DNA of 50,310 bases, the filler included, from Trypethelium eluteriae (Eukaryota): NCBI GenBank assembly GCA_051942245.1. It is 2 parts of 2 records of this genome, joined end to end, with 100 filler letters (N's around TTAATTAATTAA, not from the genome) between each part and the next. Parts side by side here need not be neighbours in the genome. Positions count along the whole stretch, not along the records: positions 25,211 to 50,310 come from JAVECL010000383.1; 1 more part is not named here. One strand, 5' to 3'. The number at the start of each line of letters is the position of its first letter. The first letter of the stretch is position 1. The notes under the pieces were generated by a model. It was given only the letters and a program-made list of their open reading frames with translations, had not been told where the DNA came from and did not search any database. The position numbers were made by a program, and so were the translations under genes. Of this stretch, positions 46,768-50,310 are shown piece after piece.

Positions 46768-48246
46768 TCTGCGGTAAGGGAAGAACCCAATCTTCAAACG
46801 GTGGATAAATTTCACGATCGGAAACGCGTACTTGGAGACACATCAACGGCTGATTACGATATGCTCACCTGTTCCCGGTAAAATGGAGTCACCGTAATCC
46901 TGGAGACCTCTACAGTAACTGTCAGTGCTCTCAAATGCGTGCGAAGCAATGAAGCGAACCACCTTGCGTTGGATGGATACTTATCGTCTTCATAGGGCCT
47001 TACCCTTCAAATTCTGGATATTGCTGGAGCGATTCATCAAGGGCCTCCATCGTTTGAATGATTCAGCCGTTTCGCTATACTACCGGGGCTGGGACGCTGA
47101 GATGCTCTGTTCCGCGAAAACCTGATGCAACAAATCCCGAGTGCCAAGCGCCAATCAGATCGTAGCCTTTCGAGCTACGGGAATGTCATGCGCGCTACTA
47201 TTACGTAATCTATCGACCTTCCAATATTCCTCCTGGCTTCGATCATCTTCGGTCTCCGAGAAGTAATAGGCTGCAACTGTCTTTCCAATTCTCTTCAACA
47301 TCATGCGATCTCTTAATCTCTCCATGTTCCTTGACATATTCCAAGGCAGATGGTCTCATGCTCTCTTGGTGATATTAGGGCACGTTCCACGTCTCTTGGA
47401 CTTCATCATACAGAGGTTCTATTTGTCTCGGGGCTGCGATCTCCCCTTCTTCTCTAGAGTCATACAAAAGACACGGCAATCGTAGAAGCTGATTGCCGGA
47501 GTGCGGAGATATGATTTCTTATGCTTTCGTTTGATGTCGATGAATCCTCAGACCTGTACCAGCTGCACAGCCTCGATCCGTTTACGTTGTCTACACGGGT
47601 ATAATAGCCGGCGATCGTCTAAAAGGCGTTTGGGCTGAGTCGCTTGTCATTCGTCGACTGACCCTGTACATTTAGTCTACGCGACTAAGGCCATTCCAAC
47701 ATCAAATGTTGCTTAAGCGACTCGGCGACACTCCAAGAGCTAGAGAAATCCTGAATTCTTATTGGAAGTGATCCAGAACATACCGACGTAGGGCAGGACA
47801 CGCAATATTCCCCGCAACTTCTCGATCCCTGCATGAGTTTTGAACAGTTCCTGAGCGGCAGCACCCGTGGTGTGAGGCGTGCCCTTCCTCGTTTGGAGTC
47901 CGATGCGCGCTATATGTCTACATGCATGACGTTTAATGCGTTTCCGATTGAGGGCAAGAATCTTACGAGGTCTCCTTGAATGTCGCGATCTGGTAGGTTA
48001 CCCTTCACGCGGAGCACGACTCAGTGAGGCAGACTGCTCCTTTGTGTAAGCCTCCAACCTTGGTATGCGGAGTAGACTCAGCAGACCATTGCCCAAGACC
48101 AAGACCTTGGCATGATATTATAACTCCGTGCTACCAGGACGCTGGTACAAGTAGCGTTGGTTCGTTCCTCATTATTTACTCTTCGCCCTTCATCATCTCT
48201 CATATCTGCTCTCAACACTTAGGCGTTCTTTACTCTCTTATTGATC

Positions 48247-49401
48247 ATGCAGCCCAAGTCACTCCTCATCTCGTTGCTCAGTGCATCATGTGTCGGTGCC
48301 CAGAGCCTTACATCTGTTCTCCAGGGTAACAGTGATCTCTCTACCCTGACATCTACACTGCAGAAATTTCCAAGTCTTCTCCAGTCCCTTGGAAGTGCAT
48401 CCAACATCACCATTCTCGCACCCACGAACGAAGCCTTCAATGCCTTGTTCGCGACACCAGCCGGAATGGCGGCTCAGAATGATGACGGACTCTTGCAAGC
48501 GGTGCTTCAGTACCACGTCATCAACGGCACATACCCAGCGTCCTCGATTCCGTCAAGTGGTGCCTTTGTGCCAACACTCCTCACGAACTCATCCTACACC
48601 AATGTTACCGGAGGTCAACGCGTTGAGGGCATCAGCCAAAACGGCAATGTGACTTTCTTCTCTGGCGGCAAGGCTACGTCAAACGTCACTCAAGCTGTAA
48701 GTATTCTATCTTCGACCTAACTTCACTACGTAGCTCATCACATTCTAGGATGTCAAATTCGACGGCGGCATCATTCATGTCATCAACGCAGTCCTTACCG
48801 TCCCAGCCAATATTACCAGCACAGCGCAAGCCTCTGGCCTCTCCACTCTGGCCAGTGCCCTTACCCAAACCAACTTGCTGAACACAGTCAACGTTCTCCC
48901 TGACATCACTGTCTTTGCACCTACTAATCAGGCCTTTGCCGCCATCAACTCGACAATTGCAATGCTGAGCACGCAACAACTGGCCTCGGTACTTGAATAC
49001 CATGTAATTAACGGTACCGTAGCGTATAGCACGACGCTCATGGACGGTGAGACCGTACCGACGCTTAACGGGGCGACGGTCAAGATTACGTTGGCGAATG
49101 GTGGTGTGAAAGTAAACCAGGCAACGGTGACGATCGCTGATGTGCTCGTTGCCAACGGTGTTGTGCACGTTATCGATGGGTGAGTTCATCTAAGATATCC
49201 ATATCTAATTTGACTGAACTAACCGTTGCACAAAGTGTACTCCAACCGAACTCCTCCTCCTCCATGTCTAACGGGACTACACCTGGCGGGCCCAGTAGCA
49301 GCCCAATGCCCGCGCCAGGCTCTGATGCCACCAAGCCACAAAGCGCGGCTGTTGCTGCCTTTGTTGGTGCTTGTGCTTTGTGGTTGGCCTACTACCTTTA
49401 G
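48247..49401 (+). CDS. Fasciclin (two FAS1 domains) cell-surface protein, signal peptide and probable GPI signal; 3 exons
   Basis: ITILAPTNEAF/VLQYHVI/GIIHVINAVL and ITVFAPTNQAF/VLEYHVI/NGVVHVIDGVL; S/P-rich tail with hydrophobic C-terminus. Introns 48697-48748 and 49180-49235. Confidence 0.93.
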
Positions 49402-49654
49402 ATTGTGCCTAGATTCGTCCATCTTGGTTGTGGATCATTTTCAACATCCTCTAATATTGGCAGAATGCGAATGTAGCGCTATAATGAGGACGGGAGCGCC
49501 GGATCAATTAACCTCTGATAGTATGCATGTGTACTCAAGACATCTTAACATAGCGCATAACACTTTGATGTACTATTGTGTTGAAGCTCCAGTGAACCTC
49601 CCTATCGCCTGAACAGTAGCTTTTCCTTTTAGTTGTAATCTATTGAGCACATCT

Positions 49655-50310
49655 CTATTCCTCTCTCTTCTTCCTTTCTGGCGGCTCCGCGCACGCCGTT
49701 TTACGTGCATACTTGCTCGCCTCTATATTCCTCTCCCTCACATATTCCCTCAAATACCCAGGCACTTCCTCAACCTTATTATAACTCGCCCCAACCGGCT
49801 CCCCCAAGACCTCCTGCACCGGCACCACCCCGGTCCACACCTTCTCCCGCACCTCCTCCCGCTTTAGATCCTTCCTCTCATCCTTCGGCCCAAAGTCCCG
49901 CACCTTCGCACTCGCACTCTCCACCTCCACCTTCAAGATGCGCGTACTCTGCAGCTCGCCCCCATCAGGCGGCACCCGCGTATTCTCCCATCTTCCCGCC
50001 ACCACCGAGTCCGTGACCAGCTCCATCGCCCACAGCTTTTCCTGCCGACCCTCCTCTGTGCTGTCGTCCAGCGCGTACGCGCGCCCGTGCAGCACCGCGC
50101 TGCGGTAGTTGTACGAGTGCGAGAAGGGCGTCAGCGCGAGGACGAGCCCGTCGACGATGGTGGCGCACACGCAGACGGAGAACGAGTCCGAGGGCGACGC
50201 GCCCAGACGCATGAGACGTGACGAGACGTAGCCGTGGAGGTAGATGGCGGGCGGTGAGGATGAGGAGGGTGGGTAGGTGCCCATTTGGCCGATCATGGGG
50301 AGGATGATGG
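49655..50310 (-). CDS. Flavin-nucleotide-binding protein (pyridoxamine 5'-phosphate oxidase-like split barrel), 5' end outside window
   Basis: PIILPMIG, IYLHGYVSSRLM, VDGLVLALTPFSHSYNYRSAVLHG, SASAKVR and VWTGVVP are typical of this family. Confidence 0.85.
   Translation of the reverse strand, partial: IILPMIGQMGTYPPSSSSPPAIYLHGYVSSRLMRLGASPSDSFSVCVCATIVDGLVLALTPFSHSYNYRSAVLHGRAYALDDSTEEGRQEKLWAMELVTDSVVAGRWENTRVPPDGGELQSTRILKVEVESASAKVRDFGPKDERKDLKREEVREKVWTGVVPVQEVLGEPVGASYNKVEEVPGYLREYVRERNIEASKYARKTACAEPPERKKREE

Overview
Eukaryotic DNA from a filamentous ascomycete (Pezizomycotina-type GT..AG introns with CTRAC/CTRAT branch points). The window is split by an artificial 100-nt linker (N44-TTAATTAATTAA-N44, 25111-25210), so its two halves may not be truly adjacent. 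Left half: 3' end of an NmrA/isoflavone reductase-like gene, a BTB protein, a C2H2 transcription factor, a SET-domain methyltransferase, a Zn2Cys6 transcription factor, a secreted BBE-like FAD oxidoreductase, a membrane protein, a DUF1996 protein and a pseudogene fragment. Right half: a compact diterpenoid biosynthetic gene cluster with three P450s, an SDR and a ~969-aa chimeric synthase. The synthase has an N-terminal class II cyclase (DADD), a long Asn-Gly-rich linker and a C-terminal GGPP synthase (DDIED/DDYMN), which is the PvCPS-type architecture; no class I cyclase is visible. One P450 lacks the I-helix acid-alcohol pair and runs into the gap. Downstream are a Pth11-like receptor, an EEP-family phosphoesterase (speculative diphosphate-removing enzyme), a kinase-like DUF3669 protein, a Gag-like relic, a near-perfect 74-bp hairpin, a fasciclin gene and a partial flavin-binding protein gene. 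All gene models were spliced by eye and all family calls rest on recognised motifs, not database searches.
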